Of a stretch of DNA of 64,000 nt, positions 49,936 to 63,635 are shown piece by piece. The first letter of the stretch is position 1. Every line of letters starts with the position of its first letter. Made by a program: the position numbers and the translations under genes. Source of the stretch: Octopus sinensis. Taxonomy: Eukaryota. Under the pieces are notes generated by a model, which saw only the letters and a list, made by a program, of their open reading frames with translations, had not been told where the DNA came from and made no database searches. The stretch covers positions 25,978,001-26,042,000 of the forward strand of contig NC_043009.1 of NCBI RefSeq assembly GCF_006345805.1, in the 5' to 3' direction.

Positions 49936-50565
49936 TTCTTCGTAACGTATTAAGTGGTCATCATGTACATACGTACACGCATGGATACATACAACCATAT
50001 ACACGCGCACATATACGCACGCATACGCAACTACACGCATACAAGCATACATACGTACTCTCGTGTAAACATATACAGATATATATGGAAAAAGGCGCAT
50101 GTAGTTGGGTACACGCGAACCGACGCGCATACGTACGTACAACATACATACACTCACATGCGTTTATAAGGCACACTCGCACTTACACGCATGTACAAGA
50201 CGAAGTGAATCTCTATGCGTGTGGGCAGAATATGTATACACCTGCATTCACGTCACCCCCACGCACATGGGGGAGTAAATCCCTATGCCTATACACAAAA
50301 GTATGCATATGCACAGACACAGGTATAACAAAAGGATCCGTTCTCGCACACGGGTAAGATACGAGTCATAGTGGGTACATTATGTAGACATAAACGTAAG
50401 AAACTTGCGGGCAAAAGATTTTAACAGAATATGCATATATATATACACGGACAATATACTATCATATAATATATATCACACCACCCATACGCATATATAT
50501 ATACCACATATATGTATATATATATATGTATATATTACATATACACATATACATAACACACATAT

Positions 50566-50623
<58 letters not shown>

Positions 50624-51339
50624 TATATATATACATACATATATATGTGCATATATATACACATATATATGTAGATATATATATATATATACACACATAT
50701 ATATGTCCATATATATTTTAGCTCGCTCTGATACTGAGTTGAGATTGATGCCTTCTAGTATCTCGAATTTAATATACAATTATTCATATTGTAGTGTCCT
50801 ACGCTGATGAGAAAAGAAGTTGGGTAAGACATAATTATCTAATCTTATGCTTTCCTAAAACTTAATTTCGAAACGTACGTCCGTAGGTGACTTAAAATTG
50901 TATGATAGATTGCCGTCATTTCTTTCTCTCTTGCCTGTCTGTGTTTGCCTTTCAAGTGCTGTGGTTTTACTGAGATCTCCCTTTTAGTAGAAAGAATAGC
51001 TATAACTCTTTGACTGCTATTTCTAAATTCGGTGTGTGGTGAGGCAAATCGTTGCTAAACCCTTAATTACTTAGTATGTCCATATATATATATATGCACA
51101 TACACACGCATATATATACGTACATACACAAATACACATACGCCCACATGCACACGCAACAAGTATGTATGTCAATGACATATGACGTACATACTTTTTG
51201 CGTATGTGTGCGTATGTGGGAATGTATGTATGTGTGTATGTCTGTCTGTATATATGTGTGTGTGTGTATTTGCGTGTTTGTGTGTGTGTGTGTGTGTGTG
51301 TGTGCTTGTATGCATGTACGTGGGCGCATATACACGCAC

Positions 51340-51604
51340 AGATGCTCAAACATAGGTATAAATTTACGGTGCATTTTAGAAACACAAGTAAGGAATCGAT
51401 ATCCTCCGCCATCATTACTACAAGAACTGGAGACTGTTTCAGCTGAAGAATGGACAAAAATTCCTTTGGAAACACTTAAAACTTTGCACGAGTCCATACC
51501 ACGTACAATTCAAGCTGTAATTACGGCCAGAGGCGGTCCTACCCCATATAAAAATAAATTTGTTTGAAATTCTAAGGTGTTTCCATTATTTTGTCCAACC
51601 TCTG
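51340..51604 (+). pseudogene. Tc1 transposase C-terminus plus right TIR
   Basis: ILETQVRNRYPPPSLLQELETVSAEEWTKIPLETLKTLHESIPRTIQAVITARGGPTPY, then ccattattttgtccaacc(t)ctg|TA. Confidence 0.8.
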
Positions 51605-51619
51605 TATGTACATTATAAG

Positions 51620-51760
51620 ATATGCTTCTTTCAGTTTCTGTCCACCAATCCTTGGTCAGTCAAGGCTACAGTAGATGACAGTTGTCTAAGATGCCATGTA
51701 GTGGGATTGAACTTGGAACCATCTGGTTTGAGAAGCAAGCTTCTTACCACACAGCCACTC
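51620..51760 (-). mobile_element. SINE family A 5' half
   Basis: gcttctttcagtttc ... cttaccacacagccactc. Confidence 0.7.
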
Positions 51761-52163
51761 TAGTGTCATACTTGTGAATATATAAGTGTGTATTGCGTAT
51801 TTACTCTTTTCGTATATTCAGTGTGTATGTCCATGTGTATATATTTTAATAAAAGCTCAAGTGTGTATTACTTATGGGGGGGGTCATTGCGAATTGTGTA
51901 TATGGATGTTTGTCTACATGGAGCCTGCATGAGTGGTTCTTTATGTGTTAGAATAATACATACTTCTAGTTTCGAAACAACGGCAACAGCAAACAGCAAA
52001 TTATGCAAATGTAACACGCCTATCGGTGATCATTATGACGATGATGACGGCGACGACGACGACGACAACGACAACGATGAGGATGATGATGATGATTTCG
52101 GGGTGGGGGGGGGTGGCGACACACGATGACGACGACGACGACGATGATGACGACGACGACGAC

Positions 52164-52198
<35 letters not shown>

Positions 52199-52846
52199 CG
52201 TGGTGGTGGTGGTGGTGGTGGTGGTGGTGACAAACGATGACGACGACGGTGACAATGATGATGATGAGGAGAAGCGGGGAGGAGGAGGACAAAGAGGAGC
52301 GGGGAGTGGAGAAAGAAAGGATGATGACGAAGAAAACGAGGACGTATTAATGTGTATTTACAAAGCTTACGTGTGACGATACTGGTATCATAGCTATGCG
52401 ACACACACACACACACACACATACATACACATACACACTCACACGCACACAGGTAAACACGAACATATATTTATATGTCTGATTGTGTGTGTGTATATGT
52501 ATATATATGCATATATATGTGTATATATATATATACACACATACATATATATATGGTGTGGTGTGTGTGGTGTGGTATATATAAGTATATCTATGTATAC
52601 ATATATATATATATCTATTATATATAATATATATATATATTATATATATATTAATATGTAAATAGGCGTATGTATATATATATGTGATAGATGTGTCGTT
52701 TACGATGTGTACATATATTATGAATGCATATGCACACACATATATACATGTATAAGTATATATGTGTGTGCACATGCGTATGCATGTGTGAATATAAAAG
52801 ATACACACGCACACACACATGTATGTAGTATATATAATGTATATAT

Positions 52847-52879
<33 letters not shown>

Positions 52880-52926
52880 GTATACATTATATATTCATAC
52901 ATAGTACTCAGTATTCACATACGTAT

Positions 52927-53026
52927 NNNNNNNNNNNNNNNNNNNNNNNNNNNNNNNNNNNNNNNNNNNNNNNNNNNNNNNNNNNNNNNNNNNNNNNNNN
53001 NNNNNNNNNNNNNNNNNNNNNNNNNN
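52927..53026. other. Assembly gap (100 N)
   Basis: Run of N. Confidence 0.99.
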
Positions 53027-53500
53027 TCCCAACATGGCCGCAGTTCAATGACCGAAACAAGTAAAAGAGCAAGGTGTGTGAGTGCATGTGAGCGTGTGTG
53101 TATTTATGTACTTATTCATTTCTAGATATTTGAAATATATTCTTTGAGGCATTGTGTTCCCGACAACAAAGCAAAAACGTGCACTATAACCATTGACTGA
53201 AGAATCGACTATGAGGAAACTATAAGTTGTAAACAAAGAATATTTCATATCTTTAATATAAAATATATAACAAAAATGTTATAGATATAACGATGAATTG
53301 AAGATGGATTCCATTTACTTCGCGGACTTAGTCTTGGGTAAAGATTTCGGTGAGTAAATTCAAATGATTTAAGCGTTACAAAGTGTTTTCTATGCTGAGC
53401 ATCACTAGATTTCATAAGTTGGCAATAAATAAATAAATAAATAAATAAATAAATACACTATATATCTATTTATATATATATATATTATGATATATATTAT

Positions 53501-53545
<45 letters not shown>

Positions 53546-54084
53546 TATATATATGCGTGTGTGTAAGTACGTATGTATGATTTATGTGCATATGTATGTT
53601 TCTATGTAGCTATGTTTATATATTTATACATGTACGCAATCGTTTGAGTCAGTACATTAGCTGTATATGTATACATATACATACATACATACATACATAT
53701 ATAGTTACATGCATACGTATGCATCAATATTTATCTAGTGACCTGTATATATATAAATATACATACTAATTCATAAACATATCTATATACACACATATAG
53801 ATACATATGTCTACATGTTTCACACATATATTTATGTATCAATATGTGCGTCCATGTTGTCATGTAAAACACGTCCTTTATGTGTTGTTATCATGTTTAA
53901 CGTGATACTAACTTCCGGCAGCCATGACAGTTCTCGATGCTCTTTGTTTCATTCGTGTTGTTTGTTTTTGTTAGTGTCCATTTTTTTCCTATTTTCATGT
54001 CATTTATTTTCCTTTGTTTAACACTTCTTCAGAAATTTTGAGTTTCTCCTATTGTTGAATGTGTTGCTATATTTGTCATCATTC

Positions 54085-54220
54085 AGTGAGCTGGCAGAAA
54101 CGTTATCATGATGGGAAAAACGGATTAGTACCATTTTTTCCTACTTTACGCTCTGGGATCAAATGCCACCGGGCTCGACCTTGCCTTATATCCTTTCGAG
54201 GTCGATAAAATAAGTGTCAA
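54085..54220 (+). mobile_element. SINE family B 5' part, degenerate
   Basis: gagctggcagaaacgtta ... ttgccttatatcctttcgaggtcgataaaataagt. Confidence 0.65.
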
Positions 54221-54511
54221 TTAATCACTGCGTTCGATGTTGCTATATGTATGATTGTCATTATTACAAATATCTTCGTTATCATCGTCGAATTTATGAA
54301 AATCCAATCTTTGTAGGCACATTCTCCACACTTGCCTTTACCGTAACCAAAACACAACATTGTTTTTGCTATAGACACTCATTTTCCGCGATTACTCTCT
54401 TCTACCCACGCGTTCGCACGCATATATGCACATACATAATCTATATCTCTAAGTATGAATGCGTCTATGTGTGCATGTATATGCGTATGTGTTTGTAGCA
54501 TGGAATAGTAG

Positions 54512-54539
<28 letters not shown>

Positions 54540-54547
<8 letters not shown>

Positions 54548-54886
54548 ATAGAGGGCATTATTACACATAAATGCCACACGCCGAGAGGGACATAAGTCAT
54601 TACTACCAAAATTTTAACTAATCATACCTAATGCAGTTCCTGAAGCAAGACATTTAAAAAACTGAATTTAGTTCTATATCACCTGTGATTTCGCAATTAA
54701 CGTATCAATTAACGTATTTGATACGTTAATTGCGAAATCACAGGTGATATAGAACTAAATTCAGTTTTTTAAATGTCTTGCTTCAGGAACTGCATTAGGT
54801 ATGATTAGTTAAAATTTTGGTAGTAATGACTTATGTCCCTCTTGGCGTGTGGCATTTATGTGTAATAATGCCCTCTATACAATATA
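54540..54886. repeat. Near-perfect palindrome (169-bp arms, 9-nt spacer)
   Basis: 54540-54708 is the reverse complement of 54718-54886 with one mismatch. Confidence 0.95.
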
Positions 54887-55002
54887 AATAAATATTTTCA
54901 AGTGAAAAAATTATTTTCGAATTTTTTCTTCTTAGGATTTTCACGCTAACTACTGATAATTTCTGTTAAGATTCCTATTAAGATTTTAGCCTTAATTGTT
55001 AA

Positions 55003-55080
<78 letters not shown>

Positions 55081-55139
55081 CACCTACATATGTATAGGTG
55101 TGTACGTGTGTGTGTGTGTGCAACTGTGGAATTTATGTG

Positions 55140-55640
55140 AGCTGTCAACTGGATGTCAACTGTTTGACAAAGTCGATAGTATACAGCACCAAGGTTGAGT
55201 CAGATAGCTGTGGTGATCCTAACATTGTATTGCGGCAACAAAAAGTCATATTCAAAAACCGTTCTTTCAAGCACAAACGCTCGTTTGTCATCGCAGATGG
55301 AAAGAATGCTACAACTTTGTTAAAATTTAAATGGTCCTTGTTTGAGAAATGTCCTGACGAATTCAAAATAACCTGGTCTATTGTAGATAGTGTCCAACCA
55401 TACAGGAACAGGAACTTCAAATCGAAGATGTGACTTTTGAGCGAAAAATTGAGAACTCTGGTTTCAAGGCAGTAATAGTTTGGACAAAAGAACCGAGCTG
55501 TTAATGCCTTGTACACATACGGCTAAGTACCATTTGTATGTAAATTCAGGCCTCCTTGATTTTTGTTCTGGTTCAAATGAAACATCGGTTTCGAAATTGC
55601 TAGGCTGTAGTTTCATTAATATATGCTGTAATATGCGTCG
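55140..55640 (+). pseudogene. GIY-YIG domain and 3' end of a Naiad-like PLE
   Basis: CQLDVNCLTKSIVYSTKV...FKNRSFKHKRSF....KNATTLLKFKW.L....F.ITWSIV...QPY ... LDKRTELLMPCTH.AKY; same layout as 25590-26050. Confidence 0.75.
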
Positions 55641-56282
55641 GTGCGTACCTATGTGTGTGTATGTGAATGCATAAATAGATAATTCTATGTATACATATAT
55701 ATATATACATACATCTGTGTGAGTGTGTGTGTGCATGAGTGTACATAAGTGTATAGTCATGCATTTGCATAGGCGTATGCAAAATGAACACCCACATACA
55801 CCCTCACTGTTTTTAAAAACATTAATTAAATGTGTTGCTTCAAAGTATTAATTTAGAATATTAATTAAAGAGCAACATAATTTCATGACTTCGTTTCTAT
55901 AGAGCTTAAGACGTTTAAAAAGATTTTACCACGGGAACCCGAAATGAAATCAAAAGCGTTTGAAGCAGCCGTTTTTGCACGTCTTTTTCACAAAGGTTTT
56001 TAAACAAAAGGTTAAGCGCTTTCTTCAGAGCTTCATTCCATATTTCAAAGAATATTCAAGCAGTGAATGTTTCAAAAGAAAAGCAGGCTCGGTTTGCTAA
56101 CTGATGATCGGAAATGAGTAACTCTGAGTACCGGAAATCAGAGCCTTCACTTATAATATATTAAACAGTATTCCACATTTGTATTGAGTCCTGTAATTTG
56201 TCATTACTCGCCACTCAGCAGCTATTATACAAACATACATACATACATAAATTAATAGACAGATAGTTAGATAGATAGAAAG

Positions 56283-56366
<84 letters not shown>

Positions 56367-57039
56367 GTACGAACGTATGTATGCAGCTATTTATTTTATG
56401 CTGTATATAATTCCTGGTGTTTGAATTATTTATTTGCGTATTTGTAGCATTTTAATTATTCCCATGATATATATTAAAATTAAGATTGCTTCCGTCCTCA
56501 CTCATCGTATCCTAATTATCTCTGCCTCCGTTTCAAAATATTTATATTTGGATAATTACACATTTATTTTCGTTTTTTTCTTCTCTGTCAGAGACATCTT
56601 ATCGTCTTTTTCAAAGTTATACATGAGTTAAGAGAAATATTTCTTCAAGGATATAATCGTTGTCTCATCCAGCAAACTCAGGTCTTTTACCTTCATTTCT
56701 TTGTTTTATAGCGCGCGCACACACACATGTATGCACATATCTATACATTTGTAGTGATTACTAATAAATGTGCCTCTGTACTCCTTCTTGACGCCAACTT
56801 ATTCAATCATCCATTCACACACTACAGAAGCCCCAACACAGATCTGGGAGTACGTATAATACTACTGCTGGATAGCAAAGGGTGAAATGTGAAAATCGAC
56901 CAGCTTTATACTGTACTCTACTACGTCTTAACAGAATATAAGCTTATATATATATATATATATATACTATATATATATATATATATCTATATATATATAT
57001 ATATATATAATATATAATATATATATATATATATATATA

Positions 57040-57208
57040 GGTACAGGATGACTGTGTGGTAAGTAGTTTGCTTACCGACCACATGATTCGGGTTGAGTCC
57101 CTCTGCGTGGCACCTTGGGCAAGTGTCTTCTACTATAGCCTCGGCCGACAAAAGCCTTGCAAGTGGATTTGGGAAAATGAACGAAGCCTGTCGTATGTAT
57201 GCATGTAT

Positions 57209-57261
<53 letters not shown>

Positions 57262-57300
57262 ATAATATATATGTTTGTATATATTTGTGTGTCTGTGGTC
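57040..57300 (+). mobile_element. SINE family A 5' half plus microsatellite
   Basis: ggatgactgtgtggtaagtagtttgctt...ggcaccttgggcaagtgtcttctactatagcc. Confidence 0.8.
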
Positions 57301-57319
57301 ATACCTCCACCATATATAT

Positions 57320-57353
<34 letters not shown>

Positions 57354-58114
57354 GTATAGTGTTACATACGAAATTAGGAGGAATGGCCACTAAAGTGGAC
57401 ACCTAATATGCTAAACATAGACGTCAAATCGCCATTACCACGAAGAATGTGTTCTCAAGAAAAAATCTCAGCAAAACGCCAAAATGTAAAAGTGAGCAAG
57501 ACAAATGAAAATATATGAAATAAAAAAGACGCTTATCTACGTACCAATGGTTTCACTTGTTAATATCTACGTATGCAAACACACAGATATTTGGAAGATT
57601 GTCAGCATAGTCTGTCGCTTACAAAACCCAATTTCCAGAACTAGATACAGAACGCTCAACCGAAAACGAGCATGTATAAAGTTCTACATATTATATTTGG
57701 GTGTATTTTTCAAATGGCGCGCTGAGGCCGGAAATTACTCTGAAGTTAATAAATTTCAGCAGCAAATTTACCGGTTAGAGAACATTTTTTTAATTTAAAA
57801 TCAAATAATAAGGGTAAAAATTGATGAACATTTTAAATATGTTAAACCACTGGTTTTAATTGATTAATATCAATTTCTACCCTTATTATTTAATTTTATA
57901 TATATATATATATATCATACATACAGCTGGGAGAAAATGTAGTTATACTTAATAGGAGTAAAATGCTCTTTTCATATCTCTATTTCTTTTGAACCCAAGC
58001 GATTTATAAGGCGACTAAGTGATCTGCGAACATAGAACCATAGAATTCTCGTCCTAAAAATAAATAAAAAAATGAAAAGCACATTCAACACATATTAAGC
58101 AAATGAATATCTAT

Positions 58115-58390
58115 TTTTGGCGGAATTTGAACTCAGAACGTAATAACAAACGAAATACCTGTTTCTTTATTACCCACAAGGGGCTAAACATAGAGGGGAC
58201 ATAGAAGAACAGACAAACGGATTAAGTCGATTACATCGACCTCAGTGCGTGACTGGTACTTAATTTATCGACCCCGAAAGGATGAAAGGCAAAGTCGACC
58301 TCGGCGGAATTTGAACTCAGAACGTAACGGCAGACGAAATACGGCTACGCATTTCGCCTGCTTGCTAACGGTTCTGCCAGCTCGCCGCCC
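58115..58390 (-). mobile_element. SINE family B (tail A) plus partial second unit
   Basis: Same dimer junction gaaata-cc-tgtttc at 58152-58165. Confidence 0.85.
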
Positions 58391-58397
58391 TAACAAC

Positions 58398-58624
58398 CTA
58401 AATATTCTTTTCTACTCTAGGCACAAGGCCCCAAAATTTGGGGGAAGTGGGTGGGGGAGTCGATCAGATCGACCTCAATACGCAACTGGTACTTAATTTG
58501 TCGAATCCGAAAGGATAAATGGCAAAGTGACTCCTCAGCAGTATTTGAACTCAGAATGTAAAGACAGACGAAATACCGCTAAACATTTCGCCCGGCGTGC
58601 CAACGCTTCTGCCAGATTGCCGCC
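58398..58624 (-). mobile_element. SINE family B (tail B)
   Basis: Full head-to-tail copy. Confidence 0.85.
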
Positions 58625-58737
58625 ATAATAATAATAATAATAATCATTTTGCCCAGCGTGCTAACGTTTCTGCCAGCTGACCGCTTAATAATAATAATAA
58701 CAGCAACAACAACAACAACAACAACAACAACAACGAC

Positions 58738-58775
<38 letters not shown>

Positions 58776-59011
58776 AGATGATAACAACAACGACAACAAC
58801 AACAACAGCAATAATAATAATAATAATAATATTAATAATAATAATCATTATCGTGCTAACGTTTCTGCCAGCTGACCGCTTAATAATAATAATGATAACA
58901 AGCATTTCGTCCAATGTGTTAACGTGTCTGCCAGCTCACCGCCTTATGGTTAAATATTATTAGTAATTGTATAAAAATAATTAAAGCATTTTGTGAATTG
59001 CGGAAGTATAA

Positions 59012-59230
59012 CCGATTTATTGGTTTCATATTTTGGCACAAGGTCAGGAATTTCGGGCGAGGGGATAAGTCGATTACACAGAACCAAGTTTTCAACTGGT
59101 ACTTATTTTATCGACCCCGAAAGGATGAAAGGCGAAGTTGACCTCGGTGGAATTTGAACTCAGAACGTAAAGACGGATGAACTGCCGCGAAGCATCTTGT
59201 CGTTCGAGCTAATAATGCTACCAGCTCGCT
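59012..59230 (-). mobile_element. SINE family B (tail C)
   Basis: Meta-like core plus the tail ccttgtgccaaaatatgaaacca. Confidence 0.8.
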
Positions 59231-59752
59231 GCCATTGTGTAACAAATTCATTGCAGATAATCTTTAACGAACAAAATCGTAAATGGACCCCACTCCAAGG
59301 TTCGTGCAGACCCTGGTTCAGAGCCACTGGTCTTTCACCATATCAATGGCAGAAAGGTAATGTGGACCTGCAGGGGCGGGGGGGGGGGGCGGTCACCGTT
59401 TGACTCCCCAGGTTTCATCATTTCCATTCTTTTGCGTTAATGTCTATTCTTACAGTTGTTGTTTCGTAAATGTTGCCTGGGAGACTGTAAAACGCACAGT
59501 CCGTGCAGTGAAGTTTTGTAAAGATTGTTATACGTTTCGTCTTACTAAATCATCATCATCGTCAGCAGCAGCAGCCGAAGGTGCTGCAGTAGTAGTAGCA
59601 GCAGTAGCAATTATGAAGTCTAATGAAAGATTAGTTTTCTATCTATTATACAGTGATGAATAAGGACATCAGAGAGAAATTAATATTGCCTCCCACCCCC
59701 TACACTAAAAATAACATATCTATCAAGGAATCAACGTCTACACACGCATGCC

Positions 59753-59803
<51 letters not shown>

Positions 59804-59816
59804 GTATGTATGTATG

Positions 59817-59858
<42 letters not shown>

Positions 59859-60264
59859 TATATATATACATACATATATATATGTATATATATGTATATA
59901 CATGTATATATATGTATGTATATATATATGTATGTGTATATATATGTGCATATATACATACATACGTATACATATATACATACACATATATAAAAAATAT
60001 ATCCAAACATATATATATGCATATAAATACACATATATAAATATATAAACCTATACACACACAAATATATATAGTACACATATATATAGACACATATAAA
60101 CATATATATATATATATATATCTATATATATATATATATATGTATGTATATAGACACATATATACAGATATATACACATATATAAACATATATACACATA
60201 TATACGTATATATATATATATATATTATATATATATATACACACACACACACGCAAACACACAC

Positions 60265-60309
<45 letters not shown>

Positions 60310-60682
60310 CATACATAAACACAAACTCACACACATATATGCATGTATATATTTTTATATAAACACAGTTATACTGCATGCGCATACACACATGAACACC
60401 TATATATTTAAGAAAATATCCATGGACATCTCTCTCTCTCTCTCTCTCTCTCTGTATATATTTATATATTGTTTTTGAACACTCTACGTCTTTAAAGCGA
60501 CTTCCCATGAACAAAACACTGCAGCCAAACTGCACTTACAAATGCTCATACATCAAGCATGTGACATCGATAATGTCTGCGTTATAAGCTACTTCAATCT
60601 CAGGTTATATACATATATGCATAGACACACACTTATATATATATATGTAAGTATGTGTGTATATATACATACATACATACAT

Positions 60683-60727
<45 letters not shown>

Positions 60728-60782
60728 CATGTATATATGCATATATTATATGATGTATATGAATATATATGCCTACACAGAG

Positions 60783-61000
60783 AGGTGGCGAGCTGGCAGA
60801 ATCGTTAGCACGCCAGATAAAATGCTCAGCGGTCTTTGTTCGTCTTTACGTTCTGAGTTCAAATTCCATCGAGGTCGGCTTTACCTTCCATCCTTTTGGA
60901 GTGGTTTAAATAAGTACCAGTTGAACACTGGGGTCTATGTAGTCGATTTATGCTCTACTCTACTATTGCAGGCTTGGTGCCAAAATTTGAAGCCAATATT
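60783..61000 (+). mobile_element. SINE family B (tail C)
   Basis: ggtggcgagctggcagaatcgttagcacgcc ... gcttggtgccaaaatttgaagccaat. Confidence 0.8.
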
Positions 61001-61849
61001 TTTACGTAAATGTCGAACAATGAGAACGACTGCTCAACACAGCATTGGTGGATGAAATTTCTTTATACGTGTATTAAGGTACCATTGGTTTCATGTTAAA
61101 GAAATTATCCTAACAATTTGTCAAGCCGATTACACGGAAGAATGGCGTTGGTCTCCCTTTAATTTTCATATACGTATGCAACTATTTTCGTATGTGATGA
61201 GCTATTTAGAAACACTAATGTTTTTTAATAACTGTTCTTTCCTTAATTTCGAGCATCTTCTGCCCCCTCTTGTATGGAATACCCCACCTCCGTTATTCTT
61301 TCTATTCCTTCATCTCTTCCTTTCTTTCCTTCTCTCCACTTTAATCCTCTTCGAAACTATCATTTCTCTTCCCCATTTCCTCTTTGTTTATCTTTCACTC
61401 GCCTTATATTGTTTCTTATTTCCGCCCTTTACTTTCCTCCCACCGGAAAATAGTATGAACTTTTTTTAGATCGTTCAATCTTTCTCAACCAATCAATGGA
61501 GCGATCAAATAAACCAATCAATAACAAACCTACAATGACTACTGGAAACAACTCTAAGTCAAATTTAATGCAATAAAGAAAAAATTTGTAACGGCCATTA
61601 TTTATGCCTTGTCTTGTATATCACTCTGTGTAAAAACCTGTATAACAGAAGCACAACCATGGATTTACAATATGAAATGGTGATGAAGTATAAACTCGGA
61701 TCTTACCACAAAAATACGCGGAGTTATATACTAATCTAAACACTGTTGTTAGCCTGGTGCACTAACAATATTGTTAGCTTGGTGTACAGAATAAAGTAAT
61801 CTCACTGGGTTGTTTAATCCCTCACAAATAACTCTGCTTTATATACAGG

Positions 61850-62272
61850 GAGGTGGACTCGCGGTCGTAGGATTGCGGTTTCGATTCCCACACATTGAGA
61901 GTGTTTATTGAGCGAAAACAACTAAAGCACCACGAAGCTCCGGCAGGGAGTGGTGGTGAACCCTGCTGTATTCTTTCACCACAACTTTCTCTCACTCTTT
62001 CTTCCTGTTTCTGTTGTACCTGTATTTCAAAGGGCCCACGTGTCTGTGAAGTGCTCAGCCACTTGCATGTTAATAAATGAGCTGCGACGTCACTGGTGCC
62101 AAGCTGTAACGGCCCCTTTGCCTTTCTCTTGGATAACATCAGTGGTGTGGAGAAGGGAGGCTGGTACGCGTGGGCGACTGCTGGTCTTCCATAGACAACC
62201 TTGCCCAGAATTGTACTTCGAAGTGTAACTTTGTAGGGGCAATCGCATGCTCATTCATAATCGAAGGGGGTC

Positions 62273-62275
<3 letters not shown>
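61850..62275 (+). mobile_element. SINE family C, longer copy
   Basis: ggactcgcggtcgtaggattgcggtttcgattcc ... aligns with 7815-8130 and continues ~200 bp further to an (AAC)n tail. Confidence 0.8.
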
Positions 62276-62307
<32 letters not shown>

Positions 62308-63133
62308 ATATTATATATTATATGTGCGCGCGCGTGGTGCGTGGTGTTTGTGTGTGTATGTGAATCACCCCAGGAAGTAAAATAGTTATTGAAAAATGCA
62401 GATTCCCAAATTTATTTCCGGTTCTAATTAATTAATTAATTTATTAATTGATATGTGCATGTTTATGAAGCTGAACTCGAACCATCAGTTTTTGATGGCT
62501 TGGATACAAGAATTCACTGTGAATCAGTTTTACCTGAGAATAGGAATGGTGCCGGAATTTTCTTAAAAGAATTTATCCTAAAATATAGTGATTTCGTGTG
62601 ATTTTGCTTATTTTCGGTATTAAATACCAGGTAAGGTGTGGTATTATTGCTGGCATCTATCCATCCATCCATCCATCCAGCCATCCATCCATCTATCCAT
62701 CCATCCATCCATCCATCCATCCATCCATCCATCCATCCATCCATACATACATACATACATACATACATACAAACATAAACACATACGCACATACAGACAT
62801 ACACAGGTAAATAAATAAATATAATTTATATATATATATATATATAGATTATATACATATACATATATGTATATTTATGTGAATGTGGTATATATATATG
62901 ATATATAATATATATATGTATCTATATGTATATCTACATCTATATGTTATATATATATATATATATTATATATATAAATATGTACATATATACGATGTAT
63001 ATATAGGATCGTTATATATAATACATACACATATATATACATGTATGCATAGATATATATTACGTATGAATTTATATATATTATTATGTATGTATGTAAA
63101 TATATATAGTATGTGTGTACGTACATATATGTA

Positions 63134-63192
<59 letters not shown>

Positions 63193-63474
63193 GTGTGTGT
63201 GTGGTGTGTGTGGGTGTGTGGGTATGTATACATAATATAATTCTTTTGTGTTACATAATCCGCAAGAAATTATATTGAACCAGAATGAAATGTTTGAGGA
63301 GTCAGATACACAAACTAACGAAGCAACAACGCAAACGGCAAGAAGCAACAAACAAAGGAATAACTATATAAAAATAAACCAAACAAATAATTTTATACTC
63401 TGTTAATAAACTAATCCCACGTATTTAATAATATATAACACCGATTCCAATAAAACAACAATAGGAACAATACA

Positions 63475-63509
<35 letters not shown>

Positions 63510-63579
63510 CACTACTACTACTACTACTATTAATGATAATAATAATAATAATATAATGATAATAATAATGATAATAATA

Positions 63580-63635
<56 letters not shown>

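Noticed and set aside
58630-58950. CRISPR-like repeat-spacer array
   Set aside because: The repeats are SINE heads of unequal length and the spacers are trinucleotide microsatellites; there are no cas genes and the context is eukaryotic.
59257-59356. 100-nt candidate exon with good donor (AAAG|gtaatg)
   Set aside because: The peptide is unrecognised and the sequence contains gaccc...ggttcagagccactg, which resembles a hAT-MITE terminus.
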